Assembly: GCA_031408275.1 (NCBI GenBank)
Contig: JANNWA010000027.1
Span: 1 to 59,460, forward strand
Reading direction: 5' to 3'
DNA from: Pseudomonadota bacterium
GTDB lineage: Bacteria > Pseudomonadota > Gammaproteobacteria > Burkholderiales > SG8-39
DNA: 59,460 nt
The notes beneath the pieces were generated by a model. It made no database searches, was not told where the DNA came from, and worked only from the letters and a program-made list of their open reading frames with translations. Within the stretch, counting starts at the first letter, position 1. Each line of letters opens with the position of its first letter. The translations under genes were made by a program, and so were the position numbers. Below are positions 36,384 to 47,135 of the stretch, piece by piece.

Positions 36384-37077
36384 AGCCCTCAAGCTCGAAG
36401 GGGTGCGTGCCGGCTACGGTGCGACAGTCGTCCTCGAAGACGTGGGATTCACGCTGGCCGAGCGCGAGTCGCTTGCGGTGCTCGGACGGAACGGCGTGGG
36501 CAAGACCACCATGCTTGCGACGATCATGGGCCTCACGACTTTCCATGCCGGGAGCATCTCGTTTTGCGGACGCCCCATCGAAAGGCTGCCGGTGCATGAG
36601 CGCGCACGGCTCGGGATCGGCTATGTTCCCCAGACGCGGGATGTCTTCCCTTCACTCTCCGTGGAGGAGAATCTCATGGTCGCCGCGCGTCCCGGCAGAT
36701 GGTCGCGGGAGCGGGTGTACGACCTGTTTCCGCGCCTCGCCGAGCGTCGCACCCACATGGGAAACCAGATCTCGGGTGGCGAGCAGCAGATGCTTGCGAT
36801 CGGACGGGCGCTGATGGGGGACCCCGCGCTGCTGCTTCTGGACGAACCGCTCGAGGGGCTGGCCCCGATCATCGTGGATACGCTGCTCTCCGCCATCCAG
36901 AGGTTGGTGCGCGAAGAGGCGCTGACGGTGGTCCTCGTCGAGCAATCGGCGAAGCTGGCCCTCGAGGTGACCGACCACGCGCTGGTGCTGAATCGAGGGC
37001 GCGTAGCCTTCCGCGGGGCCAGCGCAGACCTGCTGGCTGACCCGGAGCGCCTGAGCAGTCTCGTCGTCGCGAGTTGA
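36376..37077 (+). CDS. ABC transporter ATP-binding protein (LivF-like)
   Basis: Walker A GRNGVGKTT, signature ISGGEQQML, Walker B LLLLDEP. ATG 36376 has GGAGA upstream and overlaps the livG-like stop. Confidence 0.92.
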   Translation: MPEALKLEGVRAGYGATVVLEDVGFTLAERESLAVLGRNGVGKTTMLATIMGLTTFHAGSISFCGRPIERLPVHERARLGIGYVPQTRDVFPSLSVEENLMVAARPGRWSRERVYDLFPRLAERRTHMGNQISGGEQQMLAIGRALMGDPALLLLDEPLEGLAPIIVDTLLSAIQRLVREEALTVVLVEQSAKLALEVTDHALVLNRGRVAFRGASADLLADPERLSSLVVAS

Positions 37078-37104
37078 CCCGGCACATCGCGCCCGGCTGG
37101 CCGC

Positions 37105-37131
37105 AAAAAGAAAGGGCGCCCGGAGGCGCCC
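37105..37131 (-). terminator. Intrinsic terminator downstream of amtB
   Basis: GGGCGCC-cgga-GGCGCCC hairpin at 37114-37131. On the minus strand it is followed by TTTCTTTTT (37105-37113). Confidence 0.6.
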
Positions 37132-37196
37132 AAAAACTAGGAGGAGGACCTAGGTAATTCGTTGCGGCGCGCCACCGGGGCAGCGCGCCCATTCCG

Positions 37197-38705
37197 TTAC
37201 ATGCGATACGCGCCCTCTCCGTGGGTGGCCACGTCCAGGCCTTCGCGCTCCTCTTCTTCCGTGACGCGCAGGCCGATCGTGAGGTCGACCAGCTTGAAGG
37301 CGATGAACGCCACCACGCCCGACCAGACAAGCGTCGTTATGCAGCCGGTCGCCTGGATGACGACCTGGTCCCAGATCGAGTAGGTATCGCTAGCCTTGTT
37401 GGCCACATAGTCGAATATGCCGGTGCCGCCGAGCGACGGCGCCGCAAACACGCCGGTCAGGATGGCGCCGGTCGCGCCACCTATGCCATGGACGCCGAAC
37501 ACGTCGAGCGAGTCATCCGCGCCGAGCATGCGCTTAAGCCCGTTCACACCCCAGAAGCAGACCAGGCCCGCGACCGCTCCGATGACCAGTGCCCCCATCG
37601 TGCCGACGTATCCGCACGCCGGAGTGATGGCTACGAGGCCGGCAACGGCGCCGGATACCGCGCCGAGCATCGACGCCTTGCCCTTGCCGATCGACTCGAT
37701 CAGTGACCAAGCGAGCGTCGCTGATGCCGTGGCGACGAGCGTGTTCAGGAAAGCCGCCGCAGTCGTGCCGTTGGCCTCGAGGTTCGAGCCGGCGTTGAAG
37801 CCGAACCAGCCCACCCACAGGAGGCATGCGCCGACCATCGTGAGCGGCAGGTTGTGCGGGGCCATCGACTCCTTGCCGTAGCCGACGCGCTTGCCGATCA
37901 CATAGGCGCCGACCAGGCCGGCGATACCGGCGTTAAGGTGCACCACCGTACCGCCTGCGAAGTCGAGCGCGCCCTTCGCCCACAGCCAGCCCGCGGCAGC
38001 GGTGACGGTTTCAAGGGTCTTCGCGTCGGTGATCGCGTCAGGGCCGTCCCAGTACCACACCATGTGTGCGATCGGCAGGTACGCGAACGTGAACCACAGG
38101 ACCAGGAAGACTAGTACTGCGGAGAATTTCACCCGCTCGGCGAACGCGCCAACGATCAGCGCGGGTGTAATTGCGGCGAAGGTGAGCTGGAACGCCACGA
38201 AGGCGAGCTCCGGGATCACGACGCCCTTGGAGAAGGTCGCCGCTACCGCGTCCGCGTTCACGCCAGACAGGAACATCTTCGAGAATCCGCCGAAGAAGGC
38301 GTTGCCGCCACTGAACGCGACCGAGTATCCGTAGATTACCCAGAGAACGGCGATCATGCAGAAGCACACGAACACCTGCATGAGCACGGAGAGCACGTTC
38401 TTCGAGCGCACCATGCCCGCGTAGAAGAGCGCGAGGCCCGGGATCGTCATCAGGATGACGAGCACGGTGGCCACCAGCATCCAGGCGGTGTCGCCCTTGT
38501 CGACCTTGGGCTTGGGGGCTTCAGCCGGCTTCGCGTCCGCAGCCGCTGCTGTTGCGGGAGCGGCAGCAGGCTTGGCTGCTTCTGCCGGGGCCGCCGCCGC
38601 CGGCTTTGCATCGGCAGCCGGCGCTGCAGGCTTGTCCTGCGCAAGGGCGTTGCCGGCGAACGCAAGCGCTGCCGTGAGCGCGATGTACGTAAATAATCTT
38701 TTCAT
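37197..38705 (-). CDS. amtB: Ammonium transporter AmtB with signal peptide and Ala/Pro/Lys-rich N-terminal spacer
   Basis: 502 aa from ATG 38705. Amt motifs: DFAGGTVVHLNAG, GWFGFNAGS, VFGVHGIGG. GGGAG RBS 6 nt upstream. Immediately downstream of glnK. Confidence 0.95.
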   Translation of the reverse strand: MKRLFTYIALTAALAFAGNALAQDKPAAPAADAKPAAAAPAEAAKPAAAPATAAAADAKPAEAPKPKVDKGDTAWMLVATVLVILMTIPGLALFYAGMVRSKNVLSVLMQVFVCFCMIAVLWVIYGYSVAFSGGNAFFGGFSKMFLSGVNADAVAATFSKGVVIPELAFVAFQLTFAAITPALIVGAFAERVKFSAVLVFLVLWFTFAYLPIAHMVWYWDGPDAITDAKTLETVTAAAGWLWAKGALDFAGGTVVHLNAGIAGLVGAYVIGKRVGYGKESMAPHNLPLTMVGACLLWVGWFGFNAGSNLEANGTTAAAFLNTLVATASATLAWSLIESIGKGKASMLGAVSGAVAGLVAITPACGYVGTMGALVIGAVAGLVCFWGVNGLKRMLGADDSLDVFGVHGIGGATGAILTGVFAAPSLGGTGIFDYVANKASDTYSIWDQVVIQATGCITTLVWSGVVAFIAFKLVDLTIGLRVTEEEEREGLDVATHGEGAYRM

Positions 38706-38715
38706 GTCCATCTCC

Positions 38716-39979
<1,264 letters not shown>

Positions 39980-40019
39980 GACGTGGATCTCCCAGTTAGA
40001 AAGGATGCGAGACCTACTA

Positions 40020-40035
40020 AGCACCTCTTGTGCCA
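40020..40035 (-). promoter_or_regulatory. Sigma-54 (RpoN) -24/-12 promoter for the porin-glnK-amtB operon
   Basis: The minus strand reads TGGCAC-AAGAG-GTGCT, against the consensus TGGCAC-N5-TTGCW, with the GG and GC correctly spaced. It lies about 40 nt upstream of the porin ATG. Confidence 0.6.
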
Positions 40036-40097
40036 GATATTTAGTCGTTTTTATTCAAAGCATTAAAATCAAAAAGAGAATGACACCCCCTATGGGT

Positions 40098-40145
40098 TGC
40101 ACCATCATGGGGCGCCCGCGCCAGACGTTGCTTGCCGGCGGTGCA
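40098..40145. promoter_or_regulatory. Putative NtrC-type enhancer sites upstream of the sigma-54 promoter
   Basis: TGCACCATCATGGGGCG at 40098-40114 matches 11 of 13 specified positions of TGCACC-N4-TGGTGCA. TGCTTGCCGGCGGTGCA at 40129-40145 is weaker in the left half. An AT-rich tract at 40036-40090 lies between these sites and the promoter. Confidence 0.35.
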
Positions 40146-40242
40146 GAGCAAACGCCAGTTAGCTCGACTGCCGGGCACGGCAGGGGTGCGTGCTAGACTG
40201 GCCGCGTCGTCCTCCAGCTCGATTCAGTTTCACGCACCTCCT

Positions 40243-40497
40243 ATGACCGATCCCCGCCTGCTCGACGAAATCGGCGCAAAACTTTCCCAAGTCCTGGCCA
40301 ACTCCCCGGCGCGTGACGTCGAAAAGAACATGCGCGCCCTCGTGGCGGCGTTTCTCGATCGCTTCGACTTGGTTACGCGTGACGATTTCGAGGCCCAGAA
40401 GCGCGTCCTCGAACGGCTCCAGGGCCGCATTGCGGACCTGGAGCGGCGCCTTGCCGGATCGGAAACGAACCCGCCCTCGGGCACGCCCGGCGCCTAG
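40243..40497 (+). CDS. ubiK: UbiK/YqiC-family accessory factor (BMFP coiled-coil protein)
   Basis: 84 aa from ATG 40243: LLDEIGAKLSQVLANSPARDVEKNMRALVAAFLDRFDLVTRDDFEAQKRVLERLQGRIADLERRL. Confidence 0.75.
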   Translation: MTDPRLLDEIGAKLSQVLANSPARDVEKNMRALVAAFLDRFDLVTRDDFEAQKRVLERLQGRIADLERRLAGSETNPPSGTPGA

Positions 40498-40580
40498 CAA
40501 CGAATTCCTGCGCGCGTGTAAACGCCGCGTCTTCCCCGCCGTTTGTCATAGTCGGGGCGCATTCCGCGCCGGGAGGACAC

Positions 40581-42071
40581 ATGTCGCTTGCCGTAGTCCG
40601 CAGCCGGGCGCTGGTTGGAATCCGTGCCCCTGAGGTCACCGTGGAAGTCCACCTGGGACCGGGTCTGCCGACTTTCACGATCGTTGGCCTCCCGGACGCG
40701 GAGGTTCGCGAAGCCAAGGATCGTGTTCGCGCGGCATTAAATCATGCGAAGTTCGAGTTTCCGGCGCGCCGGATCACGGTCAACCTTGCGCCTGCCGACC
40801 TGCCCAAGGACTCGAGCCGGCTCGACCTTCCCATTGCCCTCGGGATCCTTGCAGCCAGCGGTCAGATTCCGTCGCAGCCGCTGGCCGAGCATGAGTTCGC
40901 GGGCGAACTGTCGCTCACGGGCGAATTGCGACCGGTGCGCGGCGCGCTGGCAATGGCCCTGGCCTCGCGCGGTCGGGCTTTCGTGCTCCCGGCGCAAAAC
41001 GCCCCGGAAGCGGCGTTGTCCGGCGCCGCCGCGATCCTCCCGGCCCGGTCCCTGCTCGAGGTGTGCGCGCATCTGCGCGGCGAGTGCGCCATTCCGCGCT
41101 ATGCCGGCGCGACCCCGGGGCAGGTGCTGAGCTATCCCGATCTGGACGAGGTGAAAGGGCAGGCACACGCCAAGCGCGCGTTGGAAGTGGCTGCGGCCGG
41201 CGGGCACAGCTTTCTCATGATCGGCCCCCCGGGGGCCGGTAAATCGATGCTGGCGGCGCGCTTTCCAGGTCTGCTGCCGGGTCTCGACGAAAGTGAAGCC
41301 CTCGAAGTCGCTGCCATCCACTCCGCAGTGGGCGGATTCGATCCTTCGCAGTGGGGCCAGCGGCCCTTTCGCTCACCGCATCACACCGCATCCGCTGTAG
41401 CGCTCGTCGGAGGCGGCGGAAACCCGCGTCCAGGGGAAATTTCCCTCGCGCATCACGGCGTGCTTTTCCTGGACGAACTGCCGGAGTATCCGCGCAGCGT
41501 GCTGGAGACATTGCGCGAGCCGTTGGAGACCGGGACTGTGTCGATTGCGCGCGCCGCGAGGCACGCGCGCTTTCCGGCGCGCTTCCAGCTGGTCGCCGCG
41601 ATGAATCCCTGCCCGTGTGGGTACCTTGGCCACCCTTCGGGAAAATGCCGCTGTACGCCGGATGCGGTTGCACGCTACCGTGGCCGGCTCTCCGGACCGC
41701 TGGCGGACCGAATCGACCTCAAGTTCGAAGTGCCTGCGCTGCCGGTGGGGGAGCTTGCCGCTTCCGTGCGGGGTGAATCGAGCGCGGTGCTTCGCGGCAG
41801 GGTCGAACGCGCGCGCAAAGACCAGCGGTCGCGTCAGGGTTGCGCAAATGCGTTGCTCGGCGTCCGGGATACCGAAACGCATTGCGCCCTATGCGTCCGC
41901 GCAGAGGGCCTCATTCGCCAGGCCATCACGCGCCTGTCGCTTTCGGCGCGGGCATACCACCGGATCCTCCGGGTGGCCCGCACCATCGCGGATCTCGCGG
42001 CCAGCGAGACCATTGCCGTCGCCCACGTCGCGGAAGCCATCCAGTATCGCCGCCTCGACACGGCATTCTGA
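40581..42071 (+). CDS. comM: YifB/ComM-family Mg-chelatase-like AAA+ ATPase
   Basis: 496 aa. N-terminal Lon-protease-like domain (VEVHLGPGLPTFTIVGLPD), Walker A GPPGAGKSMLA, and LFLDELPEYPRSVLETLREPLE. Confidence 0.92.
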   Translation: MSLAVVRSRALVGIRAPEVTVEVHLGPGLPTFTIVGLPDAEVREAKDRVRAALNHAKFEFPARRITVNLAPADLPKDSSRLDLPIALGILAASGQIPSQPLAEHEFAGELSLTGELRPVRGALAMALASRGRAFVLPAQNAPEAALSGAAAILPARSLLEVCAHLRGECAIPRYAGATPGQVLSYPDLDEVKGQAHAKRALEVAAAGGHSFLMIGPPGAGKSMLAARFPGLLPGLDESEALEVAAIHSAVGGFDPSQWGQRPFRSPHHTASAVALVGGGGNPRPGEISLAHHGVLFLDELPEYPRSVLETLREPLETGTVSIARAARHARFPARFQLVAAMNPCPCGYLGHPSGKCRCTPDAVARYRGRLSGPLADRIDLKFEVPALPVGELAASVRGESSAVLRGRVERARKDQRSRQGCANALLGVRDTETHCALCVRAEGLIRQAITRLSLSARAYHRILRVARTIADLAASETIAVAHVAEAIQYRRLDTAF

Positions 42072-42100
42072 CGCCCACTTGATATAGTCGGCGCCATTCC

Positions 42101-42925
42101 ATGGCCACCTATGCAATCGGCGACGTGCAGGGCTGCATGCGCGAACTTGAAGCGCTGCTTGCGGCTTTTTCCTTCGACGCGAGTCGTGACCGCCTCTGGT
42201 TCGTGGGCGACCTCGTGAACCGCGGACCGGCCTCACTCGAGGTGCTGCGTTTCGTAAAGGGCCTTGGCGATTGCGCGATCGCGGTTCTCGGAAACCATGA
42301 CCTGCACCTGTTGTGCCTGGCGGAAGGCGTCGCAAGACGACGTTCGGACGACACACTGGATGCGGTGCTCGCCGCGCCCGACCGGGTCGTGCTGCTGGAC
42401 TGGTTGCGCACCCGGCCAATGCTGCACGCCGAAGGGCAATACATCCTCGTGCACGCCGGCCTTCTCCCAAAGTGGGACCAGCCCAAGGCGATCGCGCTCG
42501 CAGGCGAAGTGGAGCGCGCCTTGCGCGGAGTGCGGTACGGTGAATTTCTCGCGCGCTTGTACGGTAGCTATCCCGATTCCTGGGACGAGGCGCTGGCCGG
42601 ACCGGACCGCACGCGCGTCATAGTGAACGCGATGACCCGCATGCGGTTCTGCACCGATTCAGGTGCCATGGATTTCCGCGTCAAGGGCGCAATCGACGCT
42701 GCTCCGCCCGGCTACCACGCGTGGTTCGATGTTCCTGGTCGCAAGAGCGCGCAACACACCGTCGTCTGCGGCCACTGGTCGGCCCTGGGGCTGCGCATCG
42801 CCCCGCGCCTGCTGGCCCTCGATACGGGTTGCGTCTGGGGCGGTGCGCTCAGTGCGGTCCGGCTCGAGGACCGGCGTGTTTTCCAGGTCAAGTGCCCGGG
42901 TTACCAGAGCCCGGTCGGCGAATAG
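42101..42925 (+). CDS. apaH: Bis(5'-nucleosyl)-tetraphosphatase, symmetrical
   Basis: Metallophosphatase motifs: YAIGDVQGC, FVGDLVNRGP, GNHDLHLL and HAGL. Confidence 0.93.
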   Translation: MATYAIGDVQGCMRELEALLAAFSFDASRDRLWFVGDLVNRGPASLEVLRFVKGLGDCAIAVLGNHDLHLLCLAEGVARRRSDDTLDAVLAAPDRVVLLDWLRTRPMLHAEGQYILVHAGLLPKWDQPKAIALAGEVERALRGVRYGEFLARLYGSYPDSWDEALAGPDRTRVIVNAMTRMRFCTDSGAMDFRVKGAIDAAPPGYHAWFDVPGRKSAQHTVVCGHWSALGLRIAPRLLALDTGCVWGGALSAVRLEDRRVFQVKCPGYQSPVGE

Positions 42926-42980
42926 GTATTCCTGAGGGGAGACCGAAATGGCGGGCTGCATATCCTGAAGGGCCGAACTG

Positions 42981-43916
42981 TCACCAGGGCGAGTACCCGA
43001 ACTCGCCCTTGAACCGGTCCTTGATCTGCTGTGTGCTGAATTCGTGGTTCTGGGCGCCGCGATGCTCGATCTTGATCGAACCCATCAGCGCACCGAGCCG
43101 CCCGCTGCTTGGCCAATCCCATCCATTCGCAATGCCGAACAGCAACCCCGCCCGGTATGCGTCTCCGCAGCCGGTCGGATCAAGAATCTCGGAAGCCTGC
43201 ACGATCGGGACCTCGTGCCGCTCTCCGCCGGCGTAGATCAGCGAGCCCTTCGCGCCCAGGGTGAGGACCAGGGCTTTCACGCTGCGTGAAATCTGTTCCA
43301 TCGTCCGGCCAGTCCGGTCTTCGAGCAGCTTGCCCTCGTAGTCGTTGACGGCGACATAGTCTGCCAGGTCGATGAACTCGGACAGCTCCTCGGCTGAGAA
43401 CATCGGCAGCCCCTGCCCCGGATCGAAGACAAACGGAATCCCTGCGGAAGCGCATTCGCGCGCGTGCTGGAGCATCCCGTCCTTGCCGTCCGGCGCGATG
43501 ATGGCGAGCTTTGCCCCCAGGCTCGCGTCAATGCGGTTCTCATGGGAATAGTTCATCGCGCCGGGGTGGAAGGCGATGATCTGGTTGTTGTCGAGGTCGG
43601 TCGTGATGAAGGCCTGCGCGGTGAACTGGCCGCCGATCTTTCTGAGGTGCGACGCGGAGATTCCCTGCGCGGCCAGGCGCTTGAGGTAGGGATCGATGTC
43701 CTCCCCGACGGTCGCCATGAGCATCGGGTCGCCATCCAGGAGTTTCAGGTTGTAGCCGATGTTCGCCGCGCAGCCGCCGTATTCGCGCCGCATTTCCGGC
43801 GTGAGGAAGCAGACATTCAGGATATGGAGCTGGTCGGCAAGGACGTGGTTCTTGAATCGGTCGGGGAACACCATGATGGTGTCGTAGGCGATCGAACCGG
43901 TAATGAGTGTGAGCAA
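42981..43916 (-). CDS. PfkB-family carbohydrate/nucleoside kinase
   Basis: 311 aa. N-terminus GSIAYDTIM, GGCAANIGYNL, and PfkB signature 2 DPTGCGDAYRAG. Confidence 0.85.
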   Translation of the reverse strand: MLTLITGSIAYDTIMVFPDRFKNHVLADQLHILNVCFLTPEMRREYGGCAANIGYNLKLLDGDPMLMATVGEDIDPYLKRLAAQGISASHLRKIGGQFTAQAFITTDLDNNQIIAFHPGAMNYSHENRIDASLGAKLAIIAPDGKDGMLQHARECASAGIPFVFDPGQGLPMFSAEELSEFIDLADYVAVNDYEGKLLEDRTGRTMEQISRSVKALVLTLGAKGSLIYAGGERHEVPIVQASEILDPTGCGDAYRAGLLFGIANGWDWPSSGRLGALMGSIKIEHRGAQNHEFSTQQIKDRFKGEFGYSPW

Positions 43917-43931
43917 TTGTGGGCTTTCGGG

Positions 43932-44879
43932 TTATTGGTTGCGGGGATTCTGGCAGCGCGAAGGATAGCTCAATTGCCAATACGCGGACGGCGACGGCGC
44001 GGGACAGGGATAGAACAGGAACAGCTGGTACCCGGTCGCGAGAAGCCCGCCCGTTTCGAGATGGATGCGCACAGCCTCTTCTGCCCCACCGCCCAAGCCT
44101 GGAGGGATCGCAGCGCGCTTTTGTTGCAGGTAGTCCCCAGGGCGAAGCACCCGCCGAATGAGGGGCTGGTCGCCGTGGTCGGTCAGGGTCAGTTCGAGGT
44201 CCGGATATTCCTGTGCGAACGGCGCACGATTGCGCAACAGGGCGTTGAGAATGATCACACCCTGGCGCCCGGTATCGGCCTGCAGGTCGGAAGACTCGAT
44301 GCTCATGAGGTCGGCCCGCCGGGGCAGCCGGACCTCGCAACCGAGCAGCGCGCAGGCCGCTTCGATATGCGTGCGGGCCGGCGGCCACAGCACGGCGATT
44401 TCGGTGCGGAAGGCGAGTGCTGCCTGGAGCGCCAACGCGCCTGCCGCGACCAGCGCGAGCAGACTCCAGGCGGCTGTGTGGGCGGCTCGCGGCCGGGCAG
44501 GCGCAAGAAAGTTCGGAACGGCCGCCTGCGATTCCCGATGTGGAACCTGCGGCCCGGGCGCCGGTCTCCCTTCGGGCTGGGAAGGCTTTGCCCCGGTTGC
44601 GGAATTTGCGCCCGGCGGGACCCTCTCGTCCGGGGCGCTGTCCGCAGGCGGATCTCCCTGTGGCGCCGCCTCGGCGTTTTCGCGGATTTCGAACAGGCCC
44701 ATCTGCGGCGATGGCTCGACCGGAAGGGCCGCGATCGCTTCATCGGTGAGCAGGCCGGTCACGCCGTCGAAAACCCCGCCGCATTTTCCGCAGCGCACGC
44801 GCCCCGAGCGGGCCGACAGCTGCGCCGGGGATACGCGAAACGAGGTGGCGCACGCCGGGCACCGGGTGACAAGGCTCAT
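43932..44879 (-). CDS. MJ0042-type zinc-ribbon plus DUF3426-like membrane protein
   Basis: 315 aa from ATG 44879: MSLVTRCPACATSFRVSPAQL...VRCGKCGGVFDG, a Pro-rich linker, one TM (AAWSLLALVAAGALALQAAL), then a C-terminal domain. Its start overlaps the prmA stop (ATGA). Confidence 0.75.
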   Translation of the reverse strand: MSLVTRCPACATSFRVSPAQLSARSGRVRCGKCGGVFDGVTGLLTDEAIAALPVEPSPQMGLFEIRENAEAAPQGDPPADSAPDERVPPGANSATGAKPSQPEGRPAPGPQVPHRESQAAVPNFLAPARPRAAHTAAWSLLALVAAGALALQAALAFRTEIAVLWPPARTHIEAACALLGCEVRLPRRADLMSIESSDLQADTGRQGVIILNALLRNRAPFAQEYPDLELTLTDHGDQPLIRRVLRPGDYLQQKRAAIPPGLGGGAEEAVRIHLETGGLLATGYQLFLFYPCPAPSPSAYWQLSYPSRCQNPRNQ

Positions 44880-45757
44880 CGACGCACGCCCGTGATCAGT
44901 ACCCAGCCGTCCTCCCGGTCGGAAACCTCGAGCTGGAAGTGTGCAGCGTAGGCGTCGATGACCTGCATCGCCTGGCCCTCGAGAATGCCCGACAACGCGA
45001 CCCTCCGGGCGCATCGGGCGGTGATCAACGGTGCGAGCACAACGAGCGGGTTGGCGAGGATGTTGGCCACGACGATCTCGGCAGTCTGGTCCGGGCTCTC
45101 GTCCGGTACGAAAAACCGGACGGCGACGACGTTCTTTGCTGCGTTGTCATTCGCGGCAAGGATCGCCTGCGGGTCGATGTCGACCCCGACGACGCCTTGC
45201 GCGCCCAGACGGGCAGCGACGATGGCCAATATACCGGAACCGCAACCGTAATCCAGCAGCGTCTCCCCGCCCTTCACGGTGGCGGCGAGCCAGCGCAGCA
45301 TCAGGCGCGTGGTCGGGTGGCTGCCGGTGCCGAACGCCAATCCCGGATCGATGGCGATATTGACGGCCGACGGGTCTGGTGGTGCGCACCAACTTGGCAC
45401 GATCCAGAGCATTTCGGCGATCCGGATCGGTTCGAACTGCGCTTGGGTGCTGCGCACCCAGTCCTCGTCTTCGACCGTCGCCAGCGTGAACGCCGGCTGC
45501 GCGAGGCTGCAGGCGGTGGCGGCGGAGGTGACTATCGCCTCCGCGTCGGCATCCTCGGGAACGAGGGCCGTCAGGACATTTCGCGGCCATGCACGCGGCG
45601 CTTCCAGCCCGGGCTCGGCGAACTGGGCCGCCTCGTCGGGCGTCCCGGCATCCGCGTCGTCGCAGGTAACTGAAAGCGCGCCGGCCTCGATCAGGGCGTC
45701 GGCGAGCGCGTCGGCGCAATCGGCCTCGGCGTGCAGTCTGATCGTGAGCCAGGCCAT
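44876..45757 (-). CDS. prmA: Ribosomal protein L11 methyltransferase
   Basis: 293 aa: EDWVRSTQAQFEPIRI, FGTGSHPTT, SAM motif LDYGCGSGILAI. Downstream of accBC. Confidence 0.92.
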   Translation of the reverse strand: MAWLTIRLHAEADCADALADALIEAGALSVTCDDADAGTPDEAAQFAEPGLEAPRAWPRNVLTALVPEDADAEAIVTSAATACSLAQPAFTLATVEDEDWVRSTQAQFEPIRIAEMLWIVPSWCAPPDPSAVNIAIDPGLAFGTGSHPTTRLMLRWLAATVKGGETLLDYGCGSGILAIVAARLGAQGVVGVDIDPQAILAANDNAAKNVVAVRFFVPDESPDQTAEIVVANILANPLVVLAPLITARCARRVALSGILEGQAMQVIDAYAAHFQLEVSDREDGWVLITGVRR

Positions 45758-45768
45758 GGCGCCACGCC

Positions 45769-47130
45769 CTACTTCGCGACCTTCTTTTTTTCCTGCGCGA
45801 GCTTCTGCTCGAGGTAATGGATAGATGCCCCGCCCTTGATGAAGCCCTTGTCGTTGAGCAGGTCCTGGTGCAGCGGGATGTTGGTCTGGATGCCTTCGAC
45901 CACCATCTCGGAGAGCGCGATTCGCATCCGGCGGATAGCTTGTTCGCGGGTGGCGCCGTAGGAAATGACCTTGCCGATCATGGAGTCGTAATTGGGCGGC
46001 ACGGTGTAGCCCTGGTACACGTGGGAGTCGACCCGGATCCCCGGGCCGCCGGGGGGATGGTAGGAGGTGATTCTTCCCGGCGAAGGCGTGAATTTATACG
46101 GATCCTCCGCGTTGATCCGGCACTCAAGGGCATGACCGCGGAACTGGATGTCGCGCTGGCGGAAAGGCAGCTTCTCGCCGGCGGCAATGCGGATCTGCGC
46201 CTGCACGATGTCGATCCCCGTGATCATCTCCGTCACCGGATGCTCCACCTGCACCCGCGTGTTCATTTCGATGAAGAAGAACTCGCCGTTTTCGTACAGG
46301 AACTCGAACGTGCCAGCGCCGCGGTAGCCGATCTTCCTGCACGCCTCCACACACCGTTCGCCGACGCGATCGCGTATCCGGGTCGAGAGCTCGGGTGCGG
46401 GGGCCTCCTCGATGACCTTCTGATGCCGGCGCTGCATCGAGCAGTCGCGTTCGCCGAGGTAAACGGCGTTCTTGTGCTCGTCTGCCAGGACCTGAATCTC
46501 GATATGGCGCGGGTTCTCGAGGAACTTCTCGATGTAGACCATCGGGTTCGAGAACGCCGCTTGTGCCTCTTGGCGGGTAAGGCTCACCGCGTTGAGCAGC
46601 GCAGCCTCCGTATGCACCACGCGCATGCCGCGGCCGCCGCCGCCGCCGGACGCCTTGATGATCACCGGATAGCCGACCTTGCGCGCGATCTTGACGATGT
46701 CCGCCGGGGTGTCGGGCAGCGCACCTTCCGAACCCGGCACGCATGGCACGCCCGCCTTGATCATGGCGGCCTTCGCGCTGACCTTGTCGCCCATCAGGCG
46801 GATGTTCTCCGGATAGGGCCCGATGAATACGAAACCCGACTTCTCGACCTTGTCCGCGAAATCGGCGTTCTCGGACAGGAATCCGTAGCCCGGATGGATC
46901 GCCTCGGCGTCGGTGACTTCGGCCGCGCTGATGATCGCCGGGATGTTGAGGTAGCTCTGACTCGCGGGCGCCGGCCCGATGCAGACCGATTCGTCGGCGA
47001 GCTTGACGTACTTTGCCTCGGTGTCTGCTTCGGAATGCACGACCACCGTCCGGATGCCAAGTTCACGGCATGCCCGCTGGATGCGCAGCGCAATCTCGCC
47101 GCGGTTGGCGATGAGGATCTTCCCGAACAT
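45769..47130 (-). CDS. accC: Acetyl-CoA carboxylase biotin carboxylase subunit
   Basis: [26 protein letters not shown]..., ATP-grasp motifs, and [17 protein letters not shown] 47130 is chosen; an ATG at 47136 is also possible. Confidence 0.97.
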   Translation of the reverse strand: MFGKILIANRGEIALRIQRACRELGIRTVVVHSEADTEAKYVKLADESVCIGPAPASQSYLNIPAIISAAEVTDAEAIHPGYGFLSENADFADKVEKSGFVFIGPYPENIRLMGDKVSAKAAMIKAGVPCVPGSEGALPDTPADIVKIARKVGYPVIIKASGGGGGRGMRVVHTEAALLNAVSLTRQEAQAAFSNPMVYIEKFLENPRHIEIQVLADEHKNAVYLGERDCSMQRRHQKVIEEAPAPELSTRIRDRVGERCVEACRKIGYRGAGTFEFLYENGEFFFIEMNTRVQVEHPVTEMITGIDIVQAQIRIAAGEKLPFRQRDIQFRGHALECRINAEDPYKFTPSPGRITSYHPPGGPGIRVDSHVYQGYTVPPNYDSMIGKVISYGATREQAIRRMRIALSEMVVEGIQTNIPLHQDLLNDKGFIKGGASIHYLEQKLAQEKKKVAK

Positions 47131-47135
47131 TGGCA

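Noticed and set aside
38496-38636. Repetitive GC-rich DNA (also 6454-6618 and 47400-47480) as tandem repeat or CRISPR-like arrays
   Set aside because: These are in-frame Ala/Pro/Lys low-complexity linkers of AmtB, TopB and AccB. They are imperfect, lack a spacer-repeat architecture and lie inside well-supported genes.
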